A stretch of 64,000 nt of DNA from Carcharhinus amblyrhynchos (Eukaryota). The position numbers and the translations under genes are program-made. Position 1 is the first letter of the stretch, and the number at the start of each line of letters is the position of its first letter. The stretch covers positions 66,278,001-66,342,000 of the forward strand of contig OZ336871.1 of assembly GCA_965287045.1 (NCBI GenBank), written 5' to 3'. Positions 46,911 to 61,181 of this stretch are shown here, piece after piece. The notes below the pieces were generated by a model that was given only the letters and a program-made list of their open reading frames with translations, did not search any database and was not told where the DNA came from.

Positions 46911-49900
46911 AAGATTTCTGTGGTAATTGCTAATGAACATGTAAAATGAATAGTTTCTGTTATAAACCTGTAGTAATTGGAAACTTCCTTTACTGGACAT
47001 TCTAAAAACTTCAAGAAGGATTTCCAAGTAATGCAGTTATTCTTTTAAAAATCTATCGGATTGTATAGTCCAGGCTATTTTTCAGAAATATTGATATCCA
47101 CTTTACAGAGAGTTTGTGGATGCTGACGACTCACAAACATTGGTACTGAAGCAAAGGAGCCATTGGCTGATAGTTTGCTGAATTAACTGTTCAGAGGAAA
47201 CTATGAAGTATACATTTGTATTCCACTCAAATTTGCTGATCTGCAGAATTTATTCATAGGAGCTCAAATCCCTGTTATTTATCCACAAATGCTACAAGTC
47301 CTGTACCAAATTACATGGTTATTGATTTTATTTCTTGCAACAGGTTCTTGGCTCCTCTTATGAACATGACAGTAAAGTAAGAAATGCTGTCAGCCCCTCT
47401 ACTCCAGACCCTGAGCGAGGGTTTTCGATATCCATTAGTCTCCCACTATCAGTCAGCAGGCATGAGCATGCAAAGTTTATATCTCTGAATCCTGATCAGA
47501 TATTCATTTTTACACAAGTTGCTTTTAGTTATGTAAAGCTGGCTTTCAGATTGTCAGTATTTTAATCTGACCATCCAAATTAATGTAATGAAAACCATCT
47601 TTGGCAGAACTTTACCAGAGAGAAATGAAAGGCACCAGGGGGCACAAGCACACAATACTTGTACTCATTAGCCTGAAAATGAGGGAGGGAGAGGGTCAGA
47701 TTTGGAGGGCATCATTGCCAGAATTCTGGCAATTCTGGTTGTCCACGTTTGCCTTTGGTTCATTTCGGCTCAGCAGTAAGGAAGCTGGCATTATCTATTA
47801 TCAATACCATATTGTATCTGCTTTCACATTCACTTACCATCCTCCATTTCCCTCAAAACATCACTTGACTTTCATGTGAGATGGTTTAGTAGACTGATGT
47901 TGCCTCACTAGAACATCTCTATTCATCTCTATCCAACTTGTCCAACAGCTTTTTCCGTGACACCTTTTTCCTGTCAATCCAGAGTGCTAGAAAAACTGCA
48001 TTACAGCTACAAGTGAGCTAACCTCGTCATAGCCCGATTTAAGAAAGCTGTTGAAGTCCTAAAACAGCTCAATAACAACATTGACAAGTGCAAACATGTC
48101 TTAACACAGAGTTTCCTAACTTAAACAATGGACTTACACTTCTTCATTTCTATTGTAGCAGAAAAATGTAAGTAAATGGAAATATAAAAGGCCAATCCTA
48201 ACTTTGAAGACATACAATTGATGTTGCATTCCACACTGGAGATGTTGTGGAAAGCTTCCCTGAGAAATAAGGGAGTCTTGCATTAAAAATTATGCGTCCT
48301 GATTATTTGTGAGCACTTTTTAAACTTCAAAACTAACAGAGATTTCATTTATAAAGTGAAACAACCTATGACTTACCTAAAGGTTATCCTAGACCCTAAG
48401 ACAATCTACCCTCTTCCAGACTATTGTATATTTTATATCTTGGAGCTATGCAAAGATGACACTAGCTTCTATGTATCTAAAAGGTTTTATTCACAGTACT
48501 TTAAAATGTCTGCTCCATGCTTACCTCACTAGTTTCCAACAACTTCTACAGTTGGTTTATTTTTCTGAGCCCATACTTAGGCTTAACTAATCAAGCGCAG
48601 TAACCATCAATAGTAAATAGACTCACATAATCAAACATAGAACAATTGAACACAAAAACCAAATCAGAGAAACACTGAGGGAATTCTCTGGCCATTCATG
48701 CTGATGAAGTTTTCTGATCCTGTTGCAGTGAACAGAGATTTGGCTGAGCACCAAATTTGCCATCCTCACTTGCAGTGGCGGCGAGGCATGAACGGCTGAA
48801 AAATTCCCACCACTATTTGTTCTCAATTCAATTTCCCATCTTTTCATAGAACAAAATTCAATTTCAACAGCTTTTCAAATTTATGTTGATATACTTTTGT
48901 CTCACCAATTCAACAATATATTCTATTCCAATTAACCTGGTATTTGACTTTCACACTCTCCCTGTTCAAGCAGAGAACCCTTCCCTTCCACTCTTTGCTC
49001 TCTTTCCCAGCATTCTCCCTCATTACAGCTTCTCGGTTAATGTCAGCACTCTCCTTGAATCCTCCTCCTCGCTTCTATGCTCTTTTCCCCAAAGCAATGC
49101 TCTTAGTAACTATTCTGGCCATAAGATGCTCCCCCTTTAAAGTTATATCAGGAGTATTCTGGACCAACCAAGTCAGCTTGAGGCTTATTCTTAAAATAAA
49201 AACAAAAATCAACAAGGAATTTCATCTATTTGGCCATTTTGATTCTTGGCTTGTGCTAAAATTTGCTATTATGACCTAAGCTGGGGCATGTAAAGGAATG
49301 TTACAATTGGTTATAGCAGCCCTGGGCTACAGAAAGGAAAAAATCTGTGATTGTTCCAGTAGCTGATGATATCTAGTGATTTTTGTTGGAAAGTGCAGAT
49401 TTCTTGGCTGAGAGCAGGATTGGACTTGACTGTAGAGGCCTCTTTTAAAGTAGCTTTTCATCATTATCTAGGTATTGAGACAAAATACTGGAAGGTGATC
49501 AGCAGATGTGGAACCATAAATGAACTTAAGTTCGTGCCATCAGGAGAGCAAGGGAGAAAAGTGGAAAATAAAACACTGTGTTGTGTCGTAGTCCTATTCT
49601 TTCTTCATAAAATGTTGTCATCAGTTCAAAGAATCACAAAACTTAATAAAATAATGAAAGCAGTTACTTCCAAGCACACACACAGAGCTCTCTAAGTATG
49701 TGAAGTCTGTACAGAGAAAATGCTTTCTTTTTTAACCAAAATTGAAGCTTTTGAAAATGCAAAAATACAACAAAATACATACATGCATTACAAATAGCTT
49801 TGAAGCTCGTTGAAAATATTCAAAAGCCTGCATTGTCTGTAGGCAACCACTGTAATGTAAATCTTTAAAAGCTTTTCTTGTCTAAGGAATCATTTCAGGA

Positions 49901-52314
49901 AAGGCTCAGCAGCAAGCAGGTTGAGAAAGTAGAGTCAAAAGCAACAAACAAGCAAGCCAAGTGGAGAGATGATTATCAGAATTTAGTGACCTACAGTATT
50001 CTTCGCTACAGCTTTATCACTGGGTAATAAAAAAGCATCCCAATTTGTGTCAATGTCATCGTACAGTGCAGAAAAGACATGGATCCATTAGGCCCTTCAG
50101 GAAAAAATTGAGATCCTCTCTTTCAAAATAACAACCTTTAAGACACTCTCCCTGGCGGCCCTAAGAAATGACATTTTATTTCACATGCGACCTATCCTCC
50201 ATGGCATTTTTCAATGCGCTGTTAAAATATTTCCCTCCTCGCCATGCAAGAGAAAGCACAAATATATCTTTGTCATGTACATACCTTTCTTTCACCAGAG
50301 CGCTTTGTAACTTTTCCCATGTCTATAAGACCTTGCAGTCTAATCTTGTAGTACCAATAGCTCCCATGGTGAGATCATTAAGAGAATTATTTTAAGATCA
50401 AACAGCCAGCAGTGACAATGAGGTCCGATGGAAGGTGAATGCTTCAAAGGCTTCCTCTTCAAATTATGGCTCTACAGGCTATTCATCACCTCTCGATGGG
50501 GCTTGCCCCACTATTAGTTGGCTTTAGCTGCAGGCTAAGGTAGCACCACTAATTGGCCTTTGCAACAATACTGACCTGTGGACAGGATAAAACTTGTGCT
50601 AAACTTTTAAAAAAAGATTGAAGGTCAAAGCAGGACTGCTACAGCTACAAGCTATATCTACTAAATGAATTTCTTCCTCTACAGACAGTTCACATTATGA
50701 GACATCTGCATTGTTACCTGAGTAAAACAATTGCTCCTTCAAGGAAATCAGAAAGGTCCATTTTTTGTACCTCAAGGACAAATGGATCTATCATTTTCTT
50801 CATTTTCTCTAGGTTCCTCACAGTACGAGTCTTTGATGTCGGGGAATAATGGCAGACAGAGCAATTTAACTGCTTCATACAGGTGCAAGGAGTTTATTTA
50901 GCAGGTTGTGCCTTTCTCCCCTAGCACATTAGCTGCATGCATACAAATAGATTTTTACTGATTAATGCAGGTGAAATGGCGAAAGAATCACAACAAAGAC
51001 TTGGTCACACCTGCAGGAATTCGCATTTTAAAACACGACATAATTAAAGTCAAGGAGAATAGGTTCTCCCCCTCCCAACAACCCCACTCTGCTGACAATG
51101 AAGCTCTATGGTCGAAGCAGAACTAGATCATGTAAAGTGAAAAAGAATGCTTACCTAGGAACACATCTCAGCTGTTTCCCACATATAAAAGACTTCCAAT
51201 TACAGTAGGCCTGCATTTGAAAGAAAACGTTTGCCCTAGGTCGATTGCTAGATCCTGCCTTACACAAACATAAAGTGAGGGGGAGGGGATCATGGTAAGC
51301 TGTAAATCTGCATCTAGTCAGGCAAAAAAAGAAATTGGGCTGGTTAATGCCATTCATAATCAAAAGTTTGTAAAGCTTTTAGTGATTTGTATGCACATTT
51401 TTTAAATGGCCATTTGTCTCCATTCTGTGTCCTTATATTGGTGAGGAGGGAGTGGTGGGGGGTGGTGGGGGGGGGGGGGGTGGTGGGTGGGTGCGGGTGC
51501 AGTGGTGGTAATTTTGCCGATCCACCAGACAAGGGAACTTGTCTCAGCTTCTGTAGTTGGCTGTCCAGATGTTGGAAATAAGTAAAGTACTGTGTTATTG
51601 TACGGTATCCAATCACCACCAAGAGCAGACTGAACAAGGAGTAAATATAAAGAAATCCATGGATATTGGAAGTCTGAAACTGCTTAATGCTGGATCAATG
51701 CAGAAACATCAGTCAACTTCAGTCAGTATTAGCATTTGTGTATTTTGATTTCCACCCTTATCTTTAGCCTTCTTAAATGCTGTTTATCTGTAAGATCTTT
51801 TAAACTGAGGTGCAGTTTTACACCCCAAACCCCTGCTGTTTTCTGTCTTCTGTTTTTCCCTCAACCATAGGTTGTCTGCCCTGTTTGCAGCACTTTCTGT
51901 TTTTATTTCAGATTCCCAGCATCTGCAGTACTTTTCCTTTGTTAATGATTGTTCCTATTTTAGTTTCAATCCTGGGAGTCTGGTGTCTGCGAGTAAGCTA
52001 CAAAATCCAGCCCCTTGCTCTGGCTGGCTTTTAAACCAGTTTTTTTTTCGGTCCTCTGAATCAGGCACCGGGATAAGTAAGCAGTTTTGATATTTTAAAC
52101 CTGAAATGACTCAATCTGCCAGTCTTCTGGGATTTAATCTAAAACAGTGGTTATATAAGAACAGCTATTGTGGAAAGGATGAAAAGAACTGGTGTCCTTC
52201 ACACTAAGGCTGCATTTGCCTGAGTTTAGCATCAAGGAGTCCTGGCAAACTGAAGTCAATGGAAACTGGCGTTTGGATGGGGGGGGGGGTGGTAGGGGAA
52301 GAATCCTCTGCTGG

Positions 52315-53828
52315 TTCAGTCACATCTGGCACAAAGGAAGATGGTTCAGATTGTTGGAGGTCAATCGTCTCAGTCCTAGGACATCATTGCAGCAGTTCCT
52401 CAGGATAGTGTCCTAGGCCTAACCAACTTCAGCTGCTTCATCAGTGACCTTTCATCGCAAGGTCAGAACTGCAGATGTTTGCTGTTGTTTGCAGCATTAC
52501 ATCTCCTCAGATAGTGAAGCAATTCATGTCCATGTGCAATAAGACTTCGACACCATTCAAGCTGATAGTGGCAAGTTACATTCGTGCCACACAATTACTA
52601 GGTAATTAAATAGAATTATAGAATCCTATAGTGCAGAAGAAGGCTATTTGGCCCATTGAGTCTGCACCAATCATAATCCCACCCAGACCTTAGCTCCAGA
52701 GCCCCATGGATTTTACCTAGCTAGCTCCCCTGTCACTAAGGGGAAACTTTAGCATGCCCAATCCACCCAACTGGCACATCTTTTGGACTGTGGGAGGAAA
52801 CCGGAGCACCCAGAGGAAACCTACACAGACACGGGGTGAATATGCGAACTCCACACAGACAGTGACTCAAACCGGGAATTGAACCCAGGTCCCTGGCGCT
52901 GTGAGGCAGCAGAGTTAGCCACTATGCCACTTCAATTACAATCTCCAAGAGAGAATCCAATCTTCCTTTAACATTCATGGACATTACCGTCGCTGAATGC
53001 CCACTATCAAAATCCCGGAAGGTACCATTGATCAAAAACTGAACTGGACTAACCATATAAATAATGTGGCTATAAGAATAGGTCAGAAGCTGAGAATTGT
53101 ATTGCAAGTAACTCACTCCTGACTCCCCAAAGCCTTTTCATCCACTATAAGGCAAAAGTCAGGAGTGTGATGGAATACTTCCCACCTGCCTGGATGGGTG
53201 CAGCTCCAACAACACTCAAGAAGCTTGGCACCATCCAGCTCAAAGCAGCCCAGTTGATCCCCCATCACTTGCCTCAAACATTGGGTGGGATTTTCTACCC
53301 ACCTCCCCACTCCACAGAATGAGCTGTTACAGCAGAGACAGCCTGCCATTGGCTTGTGGTGGGATCTTCTAGTCCCACTGCTGTCAATAGGGCTTTCCAC
53401 TTTTTGCAACTTCGACTGCCGGGCAACCTGTGGCAAAATGTCGCTGTTGGCAGAACCAGAAGATCTGCTGGTGGGAATAGCCAGAAAACCCCACCCATTC
53501 AATTCCTCCACTCCTGATTTACAGTGGTAGCAGTGTGTACCATCTACAAGACACACTGTAGCATCTTCCAAATCTAGAAGGACAAGGACAAAAATGCATG
53601 GGATCACCATCACCTACAAGTTCTCCTCCAAGGCACACACCACCCTGACTTGAAACCATCACCATTTTTCACTGTTGCTGGGTCAAAATCCCAGAACTCT
53701 CTCCTTATCAGCACAATGAATTTACCTACACCACATGGACTGCAGTGGTTCAAGAAGATGGCTCAGTCCTACCTTCTCAAGGGCAATTAGGAGTTGGTTT
53801 AGTCAACAATGCCCATATCGCATGAAAT
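52315..53828 (+). mobile_element. Old CR1-group LINE 3' part with nested SINE and MITE
   Basis: VPQDSVLGL, KAKVRSVMEYFPPAW and PHGLQWFKK motifs; tail GCCCATATCGCATGAAATAA. Confidence 0.78.
52610..52929 (-). mobile_element. HE1-type V-SINE
   Basis: GGGAATTGAACCCAGGTCCCTGGCGCTGTGAGGCAGCAG head (reverse), V-domain, TAGAAT tail. Confidence 0.92.
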
Positions 53829-54963
53829 AATCTCTCTTGTTCCTCCTCTAAGACACTCCTTAAAAGTTTTTGGCCATGGTTTTCAGTCATCTGCCTTAAT
53901 ATTACCTTATATGGCTATATGTCAAATCTTGCATTATAATGGACCTGGGAAGCACCTTGAGACATTTTACTGTGTTAAGGGTTGTATTAAATGTTAAAAG
54001 TTTTAGGTAAGTACAATTTGTTGTTGCTGTTGTTGTTGTACAAAGTGAAGGATAAAAGGACAATGTTGGGGTGTGATTTCCAATAACTGGTCCTCTCTAG
54101 TAATGTATTGGCCTCCAGCATTAAATTGTCATCCTTTAGGTTAGGTGTATGTCTGAAACACATGGAAAGTTTTTGGCACATGAAAATCTTGGGCTTGTGG
54201 AACCCCGATGCAAAATTTGGATACAAATACGCAAAGTTGTGTAAGCCCCACCTAGTTGTACCAGGACTTGAGCTTCCTCACCAGTATGGCTTAATGAAAT
54301 TGCTGATGGTCGCTATAGAAATTGGTGCAAAATTCTGTGGAGACAGTTTTGGAGCTGGATTGTTCCATCTGACTCCACACAAAGCCTTGGCTCAACTCTG
54401 CATTTTTACTTCCTCTATGCCATGCGAATGGGATGAACTATTGATGTTTATTGCATGGAAGGAGGCCTTTCGGCCCATTGTGTCTTTACTGCTTATTTGC
54501 TACAAAAACTGTGCTCTGCTGTCCCCATTGTCTTACATCTTCCTCTGCTACAAATGTTTATTTACTTTTACTTTAAAACGTTTTAAAATCATTCCTCAAA
54601 TACACCTCTGTTATCAATGCAAACCTTCTCATAATGAAGTTTCCTCACTAGTAGTAATTTTAAATTAACAACTGTCTATCACAGCCTCCCCAGCCAGCTG
54701 AAATAATCTTTTTCCACTGTAACTGTTGCCTAAACAATTCTTTATGCAAATATATTCCTACTTCTTGCATTCAATTTAGAGTCATATTTATTAGCTGTAC
54801 ATGTTTCCTTACAAGATTTTCTACACTTGAAAAGTATTTCACTGCTCGTGCAGTTTTGGACTTTGGTCTGTTCACTTCTAATCCATTTTTTGTTACAGAT
54901 CCTCCTTTATCCACATCTATTCTCACTTCCAGCATTATCCACATTTATATTCACTTCTATGCT

Positions 54964-55438
54964 GGGGCAGCACAGTGGTTAGCACTGCTACCTTGCAGCA
55001 TCAGGGACCCAGGTTCGATTCTGGCCTTGGGTGACTGTGTGGAGCTTGCATATTCTCCCTGTGTCTGCGTGGGCTTCCTAGGGCACTCCGGTTTCCTCCC
55101 ACACTCCAAAGATGTCAAAGTTAGGTGGATTGGTTATGCAAAATTACCCCTTGGTATCCTAAGATGTGTAGATTAGGGAGATTAGCAGGGTAAATACACG
55201 GGGCAGGATATTCCGGTCACAAATATTCCCCAAAACCAGAGAACCCTGCCCCAGGTCAATGGACCTTTGTATAGTCCAGTCCCCCATGCCCACTGCGATT
55301 CGCATGAGAATGGGAAAATAGACCCTGTGGAGTTACAGGAAAGAACCTAAATAGGATCCTGAGTCGGTGAAGACTTAACAGCCTGAATGGCCCCTTTCTG
55401 CACTGTAGAGATTCTATGATTATTTGATTCTATGATTA
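54964..55438 (+). mobile_element. HE1-type V-SINE with a MITE inserted (55201-55325)
   Basis: GCACAGTGGTTAGCACTGC, GGTTCGATTC, V-domain, GATTCTATGATT tail; insert begins GGGCAGGATATTCC. Confidence 0.88.
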
Positions 55439-57454
55439 TTACCTAACATCATCACTAAGCATTTATTTTATATTAAAGTTTTTCCTTAAATATTATGTGC
55501 TTCTCTGCTTTTTCACATTCTCCATCGGCCTTTCCATTCTCTTTTTTCAGCTTACCACTACATTTGACCTTACAATTTTTATTGGGAATCTTACTTGTAT
55601 ATGATCACTTTGCAGAATAACTCAATTATTTAGGAGTGGAAATCTAGAGAATAGTTGCCGCTGAAGTAATTGTTCCTCTTGCTGAGTTCCGTAACTCAAC
55701 AGGAATCTTCTTGATCTTTCTCAGTTGCAGGATGAGTAGCATATTTATCATGTGAGCCATGAGGAGCCTGTCGTAGTGGGTTATTTGTAGGCTGGCCGTC
55801 TCTTTCTTTGATGCTGTAAGCTATGGGCATCATGATTGGCACAGGCTTGGAAGGCCAAAGGGCCTATTCCTGTGCTGTAATTTTCTTTGTTCTTTGAATT
55901 CTCAGTGTGACTGAAAATTAATGTTCAGTACAATGTTAATACTCCAGTAATGCAGATCCGTTTCATAAGCAAGAAAATGTCCCTATAATATTAAATAATA
56001 TTTTAAACTGGAAGTACAATTGAGTTTGGTATCCTGTGAATGAAGTAATTATGACACACTCAATTTGATTTAATAATAAGTGGACATATTCCGACAGGGG
56101 CCTGTTCACACTTTATTAGGCTGTAAATCAACATATCAAATTGCAATTACCTTTGTTTGTGGCTCCAGCAAAATGCAATAATTATGACATAAAATATGGA
56201 ATAATAACCATGGAGCAACGGGTTTGAATGCATAACCGTGCTGTATCAAATAAAACTGAGTCAAATTACCCTCATCTTCCCAAACAAACAGTAGCTCCGT
56301 GTAGCCCAGCCGGCATGTGAAATTCCACGATTAGGACCTGAAGGGTTAAGAAAACCTCCCATAAGCTGATACAGCTTGTTAAATATGGCTTAACTTAGAA
56401 GAGGTTTATTGCTCCTTTGATCTTTGGAAGTTGTGGGAGGGGGAGAAAAGAAGAGTTTGCTTATGCATGTTCAGTAAAATTGACACCAGTACACATTTCG
56501 GCTCTCCCCTTAGGATATGGATGTCAATCATTGCCTTGTTGTTTTGCCGTACAGTAGAAAAATAGATGGAAATGCCATTTATAGGAAACATTAGAGGCTA
56601 AGTGGATAATTTTAAAAGTTATATCCCTTTCGTTTGATTGGTTTAGACAGGCATTTTTTTAACCATCAGAATTTTGTCACCTCCCTAGGCTACTTAGGTG
56701 TTCATATTTAAACAACTATAATCTCTTCAAAGTACTGTACATTTCACACGGTTCATAAAAGGTGCAAAGATGCATGTCCAAAATGTCATGGAATTTACTT
56801 TTGCAATTTGAAACAAGAATATTCTCTGGAGACATTGTATTATGTATATTGCCGTTTTCTGTCCCAGTTTAAACTGACAGCCCAATCTCATCCTTAGATG
56901 TACAACTGTCAAGATGCGGTGTTTAGAGAGCAATTTTCCCTGCTTAATTCTATGTGAGCCTATTTCTGCTTTCTGCCTCATAACCAGACGTACTTATTGC
57001 TAAGTCCTGTTGTAATCTACACTCCCATTCTTAATTATGCAAATACTAATCTGTTAATTGTTCACTAGTTCTTGAAAGACCACACAAATTATGATATCTT
57101 TAGGTGTCATAAAAACTTTAGATATCATGGAACTAATTGCACCAGAAATCATTCAATCTATCGTGCCTATGCCGATCACTTAAAAGAGGTTAGGCCTATT
57201 AGTGAATACCTACTGAGAGCGCACTGTCACTTGTTCTCATTTTTTCCCATGGAAAGGATTCAGAAGAATAGTTATGTACTTAAAAGCATAGTGCACTCAC
57301 TCAAGTTAAAGCAAATAGTTCTGACATAATCAATGATAGGTTGCAATTGATCTATATTTGATTTTGTTTCCTTACAATCTGTAAATAGTAAGTAATTTGA
57401 TAGCTTATCTCTGAAACTGATTAGTGCCTCAAACTCATTGTTTTGGGGAGTCAT

Positions 57455-58178
57455 ATCTGACCCCCAATTGACCCTATACTCATGCTAACTCTCAGATTGT
57501 CTATTTCCACCTTGGTAACGCTGCCTGACTTCAACCTTGCCTCAGCTCATCTGCTGCTGAAACCCTCATTTATGCCTTTATTGCCTCTGGACTTGATGTT
57601 TCTAACACAATGTTTCCCATATCCTACTCTCTATAGACTTGAGGTCATTGAAAACTTGCTGTCCACGACCTAACTTACTCTTAGCCCTATTCACCTATCC
57701 CCCCTGTGCTTTTTGACCTATGCTGGCTCCTGGCCAAGCAACATCTCTATTTAAAAAAATCTCAGTCTTGTTCTGAAATCCCAGCATGTATCCACCGCCC
57801 CCCCCACCTCCCAAACTCCTACTGCCACCCGCATCTCTGTAGTCTGCTCCAGTTTTAAAATCTTCTGAATTTCTGCACTCATCGAACTTTGGTTTCTTGA
57901 TCATCCTTGATTTTATCGCTCCACCATTGGTGGCTGCACGTTCAGTTGCTCTAAGTTCTTTAGTTGCCCTTCCTTATGCTATAGAATTCAGTCCCGACAC
58001 ATCCCAGCCTCACTATCTCACTTTCCCCTATAAGAAACTCCATAAAGCTTTTGATCATTCGACCTAATATTGCCTCTCATGGCACAGTGTCATATTTTGT
58101 TTATGAATGCGCCTGTGAATGAAGCGCCTGGGGGTGTTTTATCACATTAAAGATGCTATATAAATTGTTGTTGTTGCT
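57455..58178 (+). mobile_element. Old L2 3' end
   Basis: LSSSAAETLIYAFIASGLD motif; tail GTGAATGAAGCGCCTGGGGGTGTTTT..AAAGATGCTATATAAATTGTTGTTGTTG. Confidence 0.78.
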
Positions 58179-60464
58179 TCTTCTTTGCTGGCCCTGGTTG
58201 CTGGCAGGAATTCTGGCAGTCCTTTCCTTTTGGCTGTGAACAATAAAACATAGAGATAGAGACCTCAGCAGTCAGCCTGCTTTTGAAATGGAATGCTGAG
58301 AGGCAGTCAGGCAGTAAGGGCAGCAAGAACACTGGAATGTTAGAGAGCACAGTCAGAAAATATTTTGTTTATGACAAATCAAATGACCCGCTGATGTGGG
58401 AAGTTATATTGAATTATTATGCAAAGACCAAGTGTTACTGATTGAACAACGTCGACTATTGCTCTGCATGTTCACTCGCTGTAAAACACGATTTGCATCA
58501 GACCCCATATCTCAGCAAGTGTTTGCTTGGTTCATTTACAGCTAGATTGAGGAAGTACATGTGCTAAAGACCATGTTCATGTCATAAAGGGGTGTTATTG
58601 TTACACCCCCACTACCAGCAACCTCCCCCACTCCACCTCGCCCCACAAACCCACCATGTGTTATATTATTGCACAAGTGGATATCAGAGAGTGCAAATCA
58701 ATTCCCGTAGAAGTAAGATGGTGTTGCTGAACCTGAGAAGGTAATTATGGCAGTGCTGAATTTGGGCAGGATCTTGAGCCCACTCTCTCCATCTGTTGGG
58801 TTGCTGGCGCAGACTCAAGTTGTGGAGAGTTGAGAAGAAAGTGATTCTTGCTGGCGAGATCGCATTCCCTGATTTTCAATGAACCTCACTGGCGGAGTGA
58901 TGTGAAATACACTGGGGAAGGGTGGGAACCTAATTTGAATGCATCAGCATAGCATTAATGAGCACTCGCCACACTGAGTATTCAGCCGGAGCCCCAGCAA
59001 AGCAAGTAAAATTGAAGTTGGTGGGGATTGGGGGAAAACTGGTCAGAAGTGTACTTACCGTGAAGGAAGTTTGGAAACCAAACTTCTCAGTCCCAGGATA
59101 CTGCTGCAGAAGTTCCTCAGCATAGTTTCTTTGGCCCAAGCATCTCCTACTGCTTCATCAATGACTTCCCCTCCACCATGGGATTGGAGTGCGGATGTTG
59201 ATTGATGATTGCACAATGTTTAGCACCTTCTCTGGATCAGAGCCACATCTTTAATTATCCAATGATAACTAAAAACAATCTTGTTTTTGATGTCCTTTCT
59301 TTCCCCATTAGGGAATGTATCTCATCTATACTCAGACCATCTCCTTCCTAAAGGGATCCCAGGCTTACTTATCATTTTGTTTGCCAATCCATGATTCCAG
59401 TCCACTGGAGACAGATCCCCTTCCAATTCTCTGAGAAAAAAACATCCTCCAGTTGAGTATTTTCATATTTGATTTGTTTTTGTCCATTTCCGTAAACCAA
59501 TATGATATTGTGATCACTGCTTCCCAAATTCTGTATGGTTCATTTCAACTGTGATTATGTCCTGTACAATAAACTTTTCCCACCACAGGAGCCTCATTTA
59601 AAAAACATCCCACAGCAGCTGTAATTTCCATAAGGAGGCAGTGCGGTGTGTTATATCAGCAAGGGATAGCAAATAGCTGTAGCCTTGATGGTTTTTTATT
59701 GAAAATCGAGCATTGTAACCAGTAAGAAAAGATGCTACAAGGGCAGACAGTTTAAAAGATTCCTGTTATTAGTTATATATGTGAATGCATGTTATAGATT
59801 ATACAGTTCTAATGATGAACAAAGTAGCTGGTTTTTGAAATAGCCGACTGCACATATTCCATTGACATTCTGTCTACACACTGAAAAGAAATAAACTGGT
59901 TGTCCGATTACATTGCTAATCATCGTTTTGAAGCCAGTACAGTAACATTTTGTCATCAATTTGTCAAGATTCCACAAAAGGAACTTCAAAAAGATGAAAA
60001 AAATTCAGAACTAACTTTGCAAGAACCAGAACACTACCATATCAATTCCTTCTGCATTGCAGCAACTGACAAGGTCATTCTCTTTAAATGTGTGTTGTTG
60101 CACAGTGAACATTTTGGAAAAGTATTTTTCTTCCTGTCCTGCCTGTAGCAAATGCAAACGTGTTCACCTAACTGGGTCAGTTTAGTTCTCTCGCTCGTGC
60201 AAGTTTTGTAAACCTGAATGTGTTCCTGAAGTAAGGTATGGAATGGAACACAGCTGTGTGAGATGTTGTGAGTGCAGCACAATATTAAAGCACCATAAGT
60301 TTCCTAACTCAATCAAAATGGCTTGAGGGAAAAACCAAAGTGAGTGCCAACGCACTCAGATTGGGAGAGTATTTAATTGGGCAGGTTGGCCACTTCAGAG
60401 GAACTCAATGCATACAGCTGATGTGATATGTTTGTGGAGAAACTGCAGCAAGAAACCATGATCA

Positions 60465-60705
60465 AGTTTGATTTGATTTATTGTCACATGTGCTGGGATA
60501 TAGTGAAAAGTGTTGTTTTTTACGTGCTATACAGGCAAAACACATCATTCATAAAGAACATAGGGGAAAGGAAAAGATAGGTTGCAGAATATAGTGTTGC
60601 AATTACAAGTAGGGTGAAGAGAAAGATCAGCTTTATATATGATAGGACCATTCAAAAGGCTGATAACAGCAGAGAAGAAGCTGTTCTTGAGTCTGTTGGT
60701 ATGTG
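60465..60705 (-). mobile_element. Rex1/Babar 3' end
   Basis: TTTGATTTGATTTATTGTCACATG tail; TNRLKNSFF end as in 40982. Confidence 0.82.
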
Positions 60706-61056
60706 AGTTTTCGTAAGTTCTCATTTAAAGGTTGGCAGATTGATTTCATGTTTCATATTTCTAGGTTTTGGCTACTATGTGGATATTATTTAGAGCTTCT
60801 CTGGCAGAGAAGGATCTTGGCAGAGAAGGGTCAGCAAAAGCAGTAAAGATTTGACCATAGTTAAAATCTGAGGTTAGGTCTGCCTCAATGAGTGTCCATT
60901 GGCCGCTTAATAACTAAGAGCTCTTGAGATAAACTGTACCTGAAACATTAGCTATTGTCCCTCTTTTTCCTTGGGCTTAAGGAAATCTCAGGCTCAAGAT
61001 TATGTCCTGGGGCCTGTAACTGCCCTGATTGACCATTCTGAATGATGTCTAATAAA

Positions 61057-61181
61057 GGGCGGAATTTTATGGCCCTGGTGAGGTGGAGTAGGGCTGTAAA
61101 ATACTGTGAGCCATTCAAAAGTCTATTGACTTTGGTGGGACCGGAAAATCTGTCAGAGGGAGGGACAGAAAAATTCCACCC
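61057..61181. mobile_element. ~125-bp MITE
   Basis: TIRs GGGCGGAATTTT ... AAAATTCCACCC; flanked by AAA/AAA. Confidence 0.7.

Noticed and set aside
47344-47376. 33-nt micro-exon
   Set aside because: Splice-like motifs only; compatible with chance in AT-rich DNA.
50813-50882. Plus-strand coding exon
   Set aside because: Good acceptor but weak donor (GTGCAA); the only open frame gives an unrecognisable peptide.
54108-54668. 186-aa ORF
   Set aside because: Non-ATG start, overlaps decayed repeat tails, no recognisable domain.
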